Positions 41,063 to 50,141 of a stretch of 64,000 nucleotides of DNA are shown piece after piece. The notes beneath the pieces are model-generated. The model had not been told where the DNA came from and searched no databases. It saw nothing but the letters and a program-made list of their open reading frames with translations. The DNA is taken from NCBI GenBank assembly GCA_965279515.1, contig CBDIID010000003.1, positions 288,001 through 352,000 of the forward strand. The letters run 5' to 3'. How positions within the stretch are numbered: position 1 is the first letter of the stretch; each line of letters opens with the position of its first letter. Origin of the DNA: Turneriella sp. GTDB lineage: Bacteria > Spirochaetota > Leptospiria > Turneriellales > Turneriellaceae. Position numbers and translations under genes: made by a program.

Positions 41063-44000
41063 TCACACGACTACACGATGGTAACGCAGAATCAAGTTTT
41101 TTATTGCTTCTGACAAGAGCACAGGCGCCTGCTCAAAAGTTTCTTCATGGATCCAGAGCCATTCCTTGAAAAGGTGTTCTGCGATGGAGCGCGTGCCGGT
41201 CTGCACGGCTAAGACGTGGATGTTTTGCCGTGCATATTCTTCACCCAGTTCGCGGAGTTCCTGGCTTGGGGGGCTTAAAATTTCTTTCTTGAGATCGGCG
41301 CGCGCACGGTGGCCGCGGAAATCGGAAACCATGACGACGAATTTAGTCACCGCCTCGGGGGTGAACTGCTCAGCCGCATAACGCAGAACCTGCGATTCTT
41401 CGATGGTGTCGCCGTTCCAGTTGTCCGTCATGTTTTCAAACAGGGAAACCTTTTCCGCATCCGATGGGCTCTCGCCGTCGGTTGAGATAAAACGGTTAAT
41501 ATCGATCGAATGTTTCATATTTTCAAAGTCAGAATAGCCAAAGACTTTGACGGGAATCTTACGATCAAAGAGGATTTCCACTGCCGACTGCACGGCGATG
41601 ATCGCTGATACGGCGGCTTTAAAGTTGAACATGCGCCGGCCTTTTGCCAGTACGAAGATGAACTCCACGCCCTTCAGTTTATTCTCCGAATGCAGAATGC
41701 GCGTGCGGTCGAAGATGCGGTCGTTGCCGGCATAGGCCTGGTAGGTGATATAACGCCGCGCATCGACGCGGTGCCCCTGCGCCATCAGGCGCCGCTCGAT
41801 TTCGGGTTCGGCATCGAGGGCGTTTTCGAGATCCATCTGCAGTTCAGAGAGCATCTTGCCGAAGACATCGTAAAAATCTTCGAGCGAATAACCCATATGG
41901 TATTCCCACTTGGGTTTGTATTTTTTTAAGAATGACTGAAAGAGTTCGTCGGTGCGGGTGCCCCACGCGCCGCCGCCGCCCGCGGGTTCACCCTGCCCGC
42001 CATTGCCCTGGGTGTCAGAACCATACCAGGCGTCGGGCCCTTCCTTCGTATTGCCGCCGGTTTCAGGCGTATCAATCCGCAACCCTTTTTTCAGCTCCTG
42101 GCCGTTCAGGCGTTTTTGCGCCTTGCCGGTATTCGCTTCGCGAAAATGTTTTGCCTTGTCCCAATCGGGTGGGACAATCTTCTTATCCCGCTTTTTTAGC
42201 TGGGTGAGGACTTTTTTTTTACCGTCTGCGAGCGAGGCGAAAATTTCATCCCAGGGCATATCGGCGAAGATGCGGTCGAAGAGCCGGCGAATCTGTGTGC
42301 GGTCCTCTGTGCCCGTGAGTTGGCCTGCATAATAGATATCGACGCCGCGCTTCATGACTTCGAGACCTGCAGGCGCCGTGCTAGCGCCGCCGGCGTTTGA
42401 AGGCGCGTCAGCATAACGCGCGGCGTGCCCAAGCAGGCGCAGCAGATGCTCTTCGCGGTAACGGATAATTTCGGCGAGATTTTCCCCGAGCTTTTTCTCG
42501 CGCGCCGCCTCATCGGCTTTCGTGTGGAACAAGGTCAGCTTCTGGACAAAGGTTTTCCTGAGCGGTGTCTGGTCTTCGCCGAATTCATGGGCGAGTGTCA
42601 GGTCGACGATTTCATGCATCACCTGCTGGTTTTCCAGCACCGGCACATGCATATTAAAAAAGCGGTTTCTGAGCGCGCGCGAAATGGTCTGCTGATTGCG
42701 GCTCTTGCGGGCGCGTTTGATGGCGATGATGCGGCACTCACCCTCTTTTTTCAAAATCGCTTCGCCCTCGGCTTCGGGTGGCAGAGCCAGCCGCCCGGCG
42801 TGGTCGAGCAGCATATTGAGTTTTTCCACAAGCTCTGACCCGGCGGCATCGATGTTCTCGAGCACAATGAGGTCGCCGCGGCGCAGCGCCGCCGTCAGCG
42901 GACCATCCACCCACTTCACCGAACTGCCATGCGGTCGTAACGCGCCGATGATGTCGCTTGTATGCATGCCGCGCGAAAGAAAGATTTCGGTAATCGGACG
43001 GCCGGCGAGCGCCGCGTAAATATGGCAGAGCTCGAGAATGCGCGCGGCATCTTCACCCTCGATGAGTAAGTTGTCATTGGCGGTGAGCGAGGCCTCCATT
43101 TTATCGAGTAAGGCGGCGCGCGAAGCTGTCACAGGGAAAAACATGCGTGTCGGCGCGGTGTCGCCCGCCTCGGCATATTCTTTCCGGTCGCGCTGGGGCG
43201 CGGCACCCAGGTAGATTTCATAATCGCGGTTGAGCTGGCCCAAATCGTAACCCAACACTTCGGCGGCAACTTTAGTAGCAAGCGCGCGGTCAGCCTCGAG
43301 GCGGAATGCTTCGGTGAAAAACGTAAAGATGAGATCGCGGAATGCCGGTGCATTGACGTCAGTGAGCCCCGCCACAAGGGCGCGGTTCATAAAGCGCTGC
43401 GCTGTGCGCAGGTTAAAGTGGTAGTGTTCGAGATCGTCTTTGGCGAGTTCGTTTTTCCAAATCGATGCTTCGAGCGCGCGTTGCAGCGTCACAACCGTGT
43501 CAGCAATGTTCGCATATTCTGCAGGATACAGGCCACGCAGGATTTCTTTCTCTTCATGCGCCGGGTAATGATCGAGATAGATGGTGGTGAAGTGCCGCGC
43601 AATACTTTCAGGCAGGTTCTTGCGGCCTTCAAAGCCGCGCGCCGGGTTCTGTGTGGCGACGAAGGAAAAGCGTTCGCTGGCCGCAACCTCGCTGCCGTCT
43701 TTTTCTAGCAATGCCAGGCGGCGGCGGTCGAAGACACTGATGAAGCGCTTCAAAATTTCAGGCGAAGCGAGATTCATCTCGTCCGCAACGAAGGTGTAAC
43801 CCTTCTCGAGCGCTTCGGTCAGCGGGCCGTTATTCCATTGGAAACCATTCGGCAGCACGCGGAACGATCCCGACAAATCTTCGGGCAAGGTGTCCTGATT
43901 AAAACTAAACCGGATCGTCGGCAGGCCGCGGATCTTGTTGATATAATAGATGAGTGCATTCTTGCCGACACCGGCATCGCCGACGAGTAAAACGTTCTGC

Positions 44001-44140
44001 CCCTCGATCAGCGGATAGAGAATCTTCTTTAGGTTGGCGAGCGTCGTCTCGGTGAGAATCAGCTCCTGGTGAAAAACCAGATGTTTTTCCGCAGGCGCGA
44101 CATCCGCCGCTTCGAGAATAATACCGGCTATCTCAGGCAT
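41063..44140 (-). CDS. midasin/MoxR-like protein: two AAA+ modules, Gly-rich linker, VWA-like C-terminal domain
   Basis: Walker A GDAGVGKN, Walker B ADEMNLA, ATQNP..GRKNLP; second degenerate AAA (WVDGPL, LENID, ISRALRNRF); C-terminal VMVSDF. Confidence 0.82.
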   Translation of the reverse strand: MPEIAGIILEAADVAPAEKHLVFHQELILTETTLANLKKILYPLIEGQNVLLVGDAGVGKNALIYYINKIRGLPTIRFSFNQDTLPEDLSGSFRVLPNGFQWNNGPLTEALEKGYTFVADEMNLASPEILKRFISVFDRRRLALLEKDGSEVAASERFSFVATQNPARGFEGRKNLPESIARHFTTIYLDHYPAHEEKEILRGLYPAEYANIADTVVTLQRALEASIWKNELAKDDLEHYHFNLRTAQRFMNRALVAGLTDVNAPAFRDLIFTFFTEAFRLEADRALATKVAAEVLGYDLGQLNRDYEIYLGAAPQRDRKEYAEAGDTAPTRMFFPVTASRAALLDKMEASLTANDNLLIEGEDAARILELCHIYAALAGRPITEIFLSRGMHTSDIIGALRPHGSSVKWVDGPLTAALRRGDLIVLENIDAAGSELVEKLNMLLDHAGRLALPPEAEGEAILKKEGECRIIAIKRARKSRNQQTISRALRNRFFNMHVPVLENQQVMHEIVDLTLAHEFGEDQTPLRKTFVQKLTLFHTKADEAAREKKLGENLAEIIRYREEHLLRLLGHAARYADAPSNAGGASTAPAGLEVMKRGVDIYYAGQLTGTEDRTQIRRLFDRIFADMPWDEIFASLADGKKKVLTQLKKRDKKIVPPDWDKAKHFREANTGKAQKRLNGQELKKGLRIDTPETGGNTKEGPDAWYGSDTQGNGGQGEPAGGGGAWGTRTDELFQSFLKKYKPKWEYHMGYSLEDFYDVFGKMLSELQMDLENALDAEPEIERRLMAQGHRVDARRYITYQAYAGNDRIFDRTRILHSENKLKGVEFIFVLAKGRRMFNFKAAVSAIIAVQSAVEILFDRKIPVKVFGYSDFENMKHSIDINRFISTDGESPSDAEKVSLFENMTDNWNGDTIEESQVLRYAAEQFTPEAVTKFVVMVSDFRGHRARADLKKEILSPPSQELRELGEEYARQNIHVLAVQTGTRSIAEHLFKEWLWIHEETFEQAPVLLSEAIKNLILRYHRVVV

Positions 44141-44325
44141 AGCTCCTTCCCCAAAGGCGCGTTCCCCTGTAAATGAAGATATATGTGTACATACACGTTA
44201 CTCGAAGGGATGGAATTAGCCGGGGTCTTCCCGGAACTCCCCCAACTCTCTATTGATCTGGTGCCATAGCGTAAGTCCCACTCATTTTTATTTGACGATA
44301 AGATCGCCCGGAACCATAAGTCTGT

Positions 44326-45228
44326 ATGCGTATACCTGCCGCACAAGTATCCCTGGTGGGATTACTTCTCTTCATGCCCGCATGCAAGGAAAAGCCAATG
44401 GCCAGCTCCTATTGGATTAGCAGCGTTGAGGCCACCAGCACTCTTGCCGACAAGCAAGACCGTTACAATAAATCCTACCTGACCGACGGCACGCTCCAGC
44501 CGTGGTGCGAAGGCAAACCCGGCGACGGCATCGGTGAAGCCATTACCCTGAATTTCAAAGAACCGGTGCAATTTTGGGCGATTTATATAAGCAATGGTTA
44601 TCATCACGGAAAATATTTTGCGCTCAACAACCGCATCAAGGGCCTGGAAATCCTGTCGAACGGCAAACCCATCAGCACAGTGGAGCTCAGGGACGAACCT
44701 GGGGCACAATTGGTCAGGCTCGGCCCCGATGGCAAAAGCGGCGACTCTAAGGTTATAACCACCACGGCTATCACGCTCAGGATTCTTTCGGTCTATCCTG
44801 GGAAAAAAGACCGGGACACTTGTATTACCGAAATCGGCTTTGACCAGATACTGATCAAATCAACAGGCGGAGCAAGTACAGAATCCGCCAAGCCAGAGTG
44901 TTATAAATTTGGCGATGAATGCGTCGATTCCGCGCGTTGGTCCGATTTTCTGGGCATTTGGTCTGGTGGTTCAGTGACGACAGCCAGGGAATCGGAGGCA
45001 ATTACTCTGTCCATCAATGCAGACCAAACCTGCAGCTGGAGTTCGAGTGTGGACGGAAATCATTCCTGCAGGTGGGAGCCGGAGCGCAATGAAAAATCCG
45101 TCGGCGGCGTCATGATCATGCTGAACTTCTCGGGAAGCGGACCCGGGACAAAACAAATGGATTGCGATAAAGCGGGTGACCAGGGAAAAAATCTGGCCTG
45201 CAGCATATATTTTTTCGACCGCAAATAA
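44326..45228 (+). CDS. lipoprotein with NADase-type glycan-binding (discoidin-like) domain
   Basis: Lipobox MPAC; WCEGKPGDGIGE, NGY, NNRIK, VYPG..DTCITEI. Confidence 0.75.
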   Translation: MRIPAAQVSLVGLLLFMPACKEKPMASSYWISSVEATSTLADKQDRYNKSYLTDGTLQPWCEGKPGDGIGEAITLNFKEPVQFWAIYISNGYHHGKYFALNNRIKGLEILSNGKPISTVELRDEPGAQLVRLGPDGKSGDSKVITTTAITLRILSVYPGKKDRDTCITEIGFDQILIKSTGGASTESAKPECYKFGDECVDSARWSDFLGIWSGGSVTTARESEAITLSINADQTCSWSSSVDGNHSCRWEPERNEKSVGGVMIMLNFSGSGPGTKQMDCDKAGDQGKNLACSIYFFDRK

Positions 45229-45236
45229 ACGGGCGT

Positions 45237-46007
45237 CTAAGCCAGCGTCCGCAGAAAAGGCAGCACCAACCCTAACAGGGCATCCCGGTGCGTGTGGTGC
45301 AGCCAATGCTCCGCGTCGGCAAAGTCGTGGTATTCGAGCCGGGGAAATGCCGCGCGCATCAGCGCGACATCCGCGTCGCTGACATAGTCAGATTTCAGGC
45401 CGCGCACGCCGAGCACCGCGCCTGTATAAAGAGGATTTTCAAAGGGGGGAAATACGGTGCGCGAACGCGAGGTTTCGACCGCTTCGACATTGTTCATCCA
45501 CACATATTGCCCGGTTTCATCGCGCCCAATATTCATCTGTAAAAACTGCCGCATGGTTTTATTCGGCAGCACACTCGCCATCACGTCATCGATGTCTTTG
45601 CGTGTGGCAAATCCACTGATATCGATTTTCTGCGCCGCGATCTCCTCTGCGTGCCCGGGCGCATAGCTGCGCGGCGCGATGTCCAGAACCACCAGGGCTT
45701 TTATTTGCGATCCGCGGGTACGGGCAAAATCCATCGCCGTAAGCCCACCCATCGAGTGCCCGATCAGAATCGGGTTTATGATCTTATGCTCAGAGATGAA
45801 CTCGCCCAGATCTTCGCTGAGATCAGAAAGATTGTGCGTCGCGGTATGGTGGCTGCGGCCGTGGTTGCGTGCGTCGTAGGCAAACACCCGCGCGGCCGGT
45901 GTTAATCCCTCGGCCAAAGAAGAAAAGTTTTTTGCCGAGCCAAAAAGCCCGTGTAGTAGCACCACGGTATTCTTTGGATTTCCTTCATAAAAATCAAAGG
46001 CTATCAT
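45237..46007 (-). CDS. alpha/beta hydrolase (YbfF-like esterase)
   Basis: LHGLFGS..N, DARNHGRS, GHSMGG, DIAP, HWLH. Confidence 0.9.
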   Translation of the reverse strand: MIAFDFYEGNPKNTVVLLHGLFGSAKNFSSLAEGLTPAARVFAYDARNHGRSHHTATHNLSDLSEDLGEFISEHKIINPILIGHSMGGLTAMDFARTRGSQIKALVVLDIAPRSYAPGHAEEIAAQKIDISGFATRKDIDDVMASVLPNKTMRQFLQMNIGRDETGQYVWMNNVEAVETSRSRTVFPPFENPLYTGAVLGVRGLKSDYVSDADVALMRAAFPRLEYHDFADAEHWLHHTHRDALLGLVLPFLRTLA

Positions 46008-46136
46008 GGTACATGGATGTATCGAGGTTCGCGCTGACAAGGACGTCATCGGTGCGCGAACCACGGACGGGTTCGCTGCTCACAGGGGCGCGGCGTAATA
46101 TTCTTTACAATCTCACTCAGGCGCACAGTTAAATCA

Positions 46137-47384
46137 ATGTCCCAAGCAGTGCGTTTTTCCGCCAATAAATTCTGGATGAACTGGCAGTCGCTGGGCCGGG
46201 CGCATGAACTCGATAACCTCATGCATGCCGGCGCTAAAAAATGGCCAGCGGCGTTTTCAACCGATTACATGAAAGTCGCCGAACTTGCCCCGCTTGAAAA
46301 ATGGGCGGCTGAACTGCGCCAGCTCGACGCGCAGAGCCTGATCGTCATCGGTATCGGGGGGTCATCGCTTGGCGGCATTGCCCTGAAAGCACTCATCGAC
46401 CCGCATTCCGATAAACTCATTTTCTGGGAAGGCCCCCACCCCTCAAAAATGCAGAAGATTGCGCAGGTGGCAGAGAACAAGCAGACTGCGGTACTCTTTG
46501 TGTCTAAATCCGGCACGACGCTCGAAACACGGGCGAACCTTTCACTCTTCCGGCAGTTTTTCCCCGGTGTGCCCGAATATTTTATCACCAGCGAACCCGA
46601 CCAGATCAAGGATTTAGGCGCGCATAAAAAAAATACCTTTCTGATCCCGAAAAACCTCGGCGGGCGTTTCAGTATTGTGTCGCCGGTCGGTATGATGCCT
46701 GCCCTGTTCGTCGATTATAACGTAAAAGCGTTCCTGACCGCCTTCGATGAGGCCAATGCCGAGTGGGAGCTCTCGATCCCCGTCGCCGAAAATGTCGCGA
46801 AACAAACGGCCATCCACTTTTACAACCTATTCGCGGCGCGCTTTACCGGCGTCGCATTCTGGGTCTATGCCGCAGATCTCGTCGACTGGGGTCGCTGGCT
46901 GGTGCAGCTCTGGGCCGAATCGCTCGGTAAAAAGCCACACATCGCCGCGTTGCCGATGATTGTGCAGGGGCCCGAAGACCAGCATTCGCTGCTGCAGTAT
47001 TTTATGGAGGCGTCGAACCGCCACCTCCATTGTTTTGTGCACACCGAAAGTTATGGCCGACGCGACAGCCTCATCACTTCTGAAGTGCGCGGCGACTTTG
47101 CCGACAAATCGATGAGCCAGATTCTGAATGCGCAGATGCGCAGTATCGAAGCGGCGCTCTCGATCAACGAACGCCCGGTTGCCGAATACCTGCTGAGCGA
47201 TCTTTCCGAAGCGGAGATGGCGCGCTGGTTCTGCTTCTGGATGCACGTCGTCTCATACCTCGGCTACCTTTGGGAGATCAATCCCTTCGACCAACCCGGC
47301 GTCGAGACCGGCAAGATCATCTGCAAGAAGCTGCTCCGCGGCGAAGCGGTTGAAGACGCGGTTCAACCAGTTTTCGATCTGTGA
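46137..47384 (+). CDS. pgi: glucose-6-phosphate isomerase
   Basis: IGIGGSSLG, SKSGTTLET, GGRFS, QLWAESLGK, DQHS, NPFDQPGVETGK. Confidence 0.92.
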   Translation: MSQAVRFSANKFWMNWQSLGRAHELDNLMHAGAKKWPAAFSTDYMKVAELAPLEKWAAELRQLDAQSLIVIGIGGSSLGGIALKALIDPHSDKLIFWEGPHPSKMQKIAQVAENKQTAVLFVSKSGTTLETRANLSLFRQFFPGVPEYFITSEPDQIKDLGAHKKNTFLIPKNLGGRFSIVSPVGMMPALFVDYNVKAFLTAFDEANAEWELSIPVAENVAKQTAIHFYNLFAARFTGVAFWVYAADLVDWGRWLVQLWAESLGKKPHIAALPMIVQGPEDQHSLLQYFMEASNRHLHCFVHTESYGRRDSLITSEVRGDFADKSMSQILNAQMRSIEAALSINERPVAEYLLSDLSEAEMARWFCFWMHVVSYLGYLWEINPFDQPGVETGKIICKKLLRGEAVEDAVQPVFDL

Positions 47385-47422
47385 CCCGAATATCTGGAGC
47401 CCCGACCAGGAGGGCGAGATTA

Positions 47423-47510
47423 ACCGCAAAGTACGCGGAGTTACGCAAAGTTTCATAGCATGAATCTCGCTTTGCCGGTTTTCTTTGCGTTCCTTTGCGT
47501 ACTTTGCGGT
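47423..47510. repeat. REP/REPIN-like inverted-repeat element, copy 2
   Basis: ACCGCAAAGTACGCGGAGTTACGCAAAG ... CTTTGCGTTCCTTTGCGTACTTTGCGGT. Confidence 0.75.
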
Positions 47511-48359
47511 TGCCTCTTTTTAATCTTCCGCGAACGCCGCCACCGGCCACTTTCCTTCGCGCGCTATTTTGCGGACTTTAAACCGACTCTCGCTTCACAC
47601 CGCGGTTATGGAAAATATGCGGAGATTCCCGAAAACACAATCCCTGCGTTCAAGGCATCAGAAAAACTGGGTTTCACGGCGCACGAGCTCGATGTCCGCC
47701 GTACCCGCGACCGGCAGATTGTGTTGCTGCATGGCCCCCGTCTCGAAAATACCACAGATGGCCAGGGCCGTATCGAAGAGCACAGTTACCCGCATGTGCA
47801 GACGCTGAACGCCGCGCATTACGTTGCGCGGCTCTTTGATGGCACTAAGGTTGCGCGAACACCGATGCCGACACTCACCGATGTGTTATTGCAAACCGGT
47901 AAGAATACACGTATCAATATTGAAATCAAGCGCGACCGCTGGGATTTCTCCCGTGGCCTGGAAGAAGAAACCGTGCATGCGGTACGCGAGGCGAAGGCTG
48001 AAACGCGCGTGTTTTTCTCCGGGTTTCATTTCCTGACGCTGTGGCGGCTGCGGCGCCTCAATTCAGGCATCCCCGTGGGATTACTCATTGAACCCGGCCC
48101 CATGGCGCGGTTCAAGTTCTGGCTCTACCGGTTAATCCTGTTGCCCGATAATATCCATCTCCACTTTACCACACCCACCCCCGCGCTCATGCGCCGGCTG
48201 AAAAGACAGGGCTATGGCCTCGCATTCTGGACGGTCAACAATGAAGACGTCGCGCGCGGATTATTCGATCTCGGCGCCGATGTTGTTATCACCGATAAAA
48301 TGGAATTTATCAGGCAGTTTCCTGATGAAAAAATCCGGGCTGCGGGCCGGCGCAGTTAA
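47460..48359 (+). CDS. glycerophosphodiester phosphodiesterase
   Basis: SHRG, PENTIPAF, ELDV..TRD...LLH, NIEIK, WTVN, VITD. Confidence 0.9.
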   Translation: MNLALPVFFAFLCVLCGCLFLIFRERRHRPLSFARYFADFKPTLASHRGYGKYAEIPENTIPAFKASEKLGFTAHELDVRRTRDRQIVLLHGPRLENTTDGQGRIEEHSYPHVQTLNAAHYVARLFDGTKVARTPMPTLTDVLLQTGKNTRINIEIKRDRWDFSRGLEEETVHAVREAKAETRVFFSGFHFLTLWRLRRLNSGIPVGLLIEPGPMARFKFWLYRLILLPDNIHLHFTTPTPALMRRLKRQGYGLAFWTVNNEDVARGLFDLGADVVITDKMEFIRQFPDEKIRAAGRRS

Positions 48360-48769
48360 CGTTTTTCTTTCCGGATCATCAGCTTAAGCCCCGACCAGAC
48401 ATCGGTGACAGCGCAAACTTTCAGGTCGACTAAGTCCAGCGGATAGGCCAGCTCACGCACAGTATCTTCGGTAACATCCGTCGGCACGCCCGAAGATTTT
48501 TTGGGCCACGAGACCCAGATTATACCATCGGGTTTGATTGTCTTGCGCAGCACTTTCAGGTGCTTTGCCATTTCAGTTTTAGATTTTGTGAAAAGATGGA
48601 TGAGGTCGGCGCCTTTCTGGTCTTTATAGGCTATGGGTTTTTGCCCCAAAACCTCATGGTACTCCTTTCCCGGATCATTGATGACGAAAAAAGCCATTCC
48701 AGCTTTGACGCCCAGTTTTTGCACGAGCGATTTTCCCGAATACCCGGGAACCGTTTTTTTGGCGGGCAT
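48356..48769 (-). CDS. DUF3052-family protein
   Basis: GYSGKSLVQKLGVK, IWVSWPKKSSGV.TD, DLKVCAV..WSGLK. Confidence 0.85.
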   Translation of the reverse strand: MPAKKTVPGYSGKSLVQKLGVKAGMAFFVINDPGKEYHEVLGQKPIAYKDQKGADLIHLFTKSKTEMAKHLKVLRKTIKPDGIIWVSWPKKSSGVPTDVTEDTVRELAYPLDLVDLKVCAVTDVWSGLKLMIRKEKR

Positions 48770-48815
48770 GGAGGGCAGCAATGGCAGTCAGCATGACGGG
48801 CCAAGAATTTATGTA

Positions 48816-49631
48816 TTAGCGGATAAACCGGTCGCGGATCGCTGCAGCGCTGGTATAATATCCGCCAGCGGAGAACAGGTGTGCATGCACGAGAAGCGGA
48901 TAGATTTGAAAGATCCAGAGCAGCTCTTCCTGATGCTCACGGCGCGGCCTTACCGAAAAATAGGCTTCATAGAACTCCGGATCAAAGCCGCCGAAAAGTT
49001 TTGTCATCGCAATATCGGTCAGCGGGTCTCCCCAATACACCGCAGGATCGATAAAGACGGGCCCGCGTGCCGCGTGGTAGAGGTTGCCTGACCATAGATC
49101 TCCATGTAATAACGCGGGTGCCGGGCAGGAATTCAACAACGCCGCAGTCTTTTCAAAAAAATTTTGCCATAGCCCGCTTTCCCGCCCGGCTGTGAGCGGC
49201 TCAAGCCTTTGCCTGAAATAAAAATCCGCCGCATTTGCACCGGGACGGTTGTTCTGCAGCAATGTTGCAAGGTAAGTGCTTTGATTGTAACCGTACTCCG
49301 GTGCAGCCAGCGAGTGCAGCTGCGCGAGGCTCTCGCCGGCGATGGCAGGTTTTGCCTCACCGGGGGTTAAATATTCCATGAGCAGGAAATTATCCCCCCA
49401 GCCCAATACCTGCGGCACATCCAGACCCGCCTTGCCCAGGGCTCGAAGGCCCGCTTCTTCTGACCCGAAGAATCCCGGGGGCGCGGCGGCGTGCGTCTTC
49501 ACCACAAATTGCCCCTGTTGCGTATCCAGACGATACAGTGTACTGATGTCGCCGCCCGTCAAGGGCGTGGCGGCTTGAATCTTACCGGAAATCTCCTCAA
49601 TGGTAACCCTGAGTCCGCCCGTAAGCGGCAT
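48816..49631 (-). CDS. fructosamine kinase family protein
   Basis: GGDIS, EEAGL..L, PALLHGDLWSGN, IDPAVYWG, LFGGF. Confidence 0.9.
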   Translation of the reverse strand: MPLTGGLRVTIEEISGKIQAATPLTGGDISTLYRLDTQQGQFVVKTHAAAPPGFFGSEEAGLRALGKAGLDVPQVLGWGDNFLLMEYLTPGEAKPAIAGESLAQLHSLAAPEYGYNQSTYLATLLQNNRPGANAADFYFRQRLEPLTAGRESGLWQNFFEKTAALLNSCPAPALLHGDLWSGNLYHAARGPVFIDPAVYWGDPLTDIAMTKLFGGFDPEFYEAYFSVRPRREHQEELLWIFQIYPLLVHAHLFSAGGYYTSAAAIRDRFIR

Positions 49632-49634
49632 GGC

Positions 49635-50141
49635 TCAGAGCTTCTCTTTGAGCAGCAGCGCGGGAGATTTGCGTGAATATAAGAACAGGAAATTCAGAAA
49701 GCTTAAGGCGACGGCCCCCGCAAGAATAAATTGCGCTGCGATAACGCGGTCGAAGTTGGCGGTTGGCATGTTCTTCTGCGAGAACACATTGCTCAAAATC
49801 AGATCGGTGGAAACCGCGGGTAAGAGAGCCAAAAGCGCTATGAAAACGTTTTGTAGCGCGTAATAGCCGAGAATCTTCAGACGGGTAAATCCCAGCATTT
49901 CAAAATTACCGATTTCATAGCGCAGCGAGCGGCATAAAATCGCCTGCACCATGACGACGCCGAAGGCAAAACCGATCAGCAGCAGGGCAAACGCATAGAG
50001 CAACAGCGTATTGCTCGAGCTCAGGAATTTTGCGTAACGCACAAAAACCGCAGTTTCCACGTAGGCAATAAGGTATAAGACACCCGCGAGGGTCCACATG
50101 ACCGGAGCACGCTTCAGACCCAACCGCCAGAACTGGATCAT
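49635..50141 (-). CDS. FtsX-like permease-domain membrane protein
   Basis: Four TM segments; RYEIGNFEMLGFTR resembles the R.EIG..K.LG motif. Confidence 0.6.
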   Translation of the reverse strand: MIQFWRLGLKRAPVMWTLAGVLYLIAYVETAVFVRYAKFLSSSNTLLLYAFALLLIGFAFGVVMVQAILCRSLRYEIGNFEMLGFTRLKILGYYALQNVFIALLALLPAVSTDLILSNVFSQKNMPTANFDRVIAAQFILAGAVALSFLNFLFLYSRKSPALLLKEKL

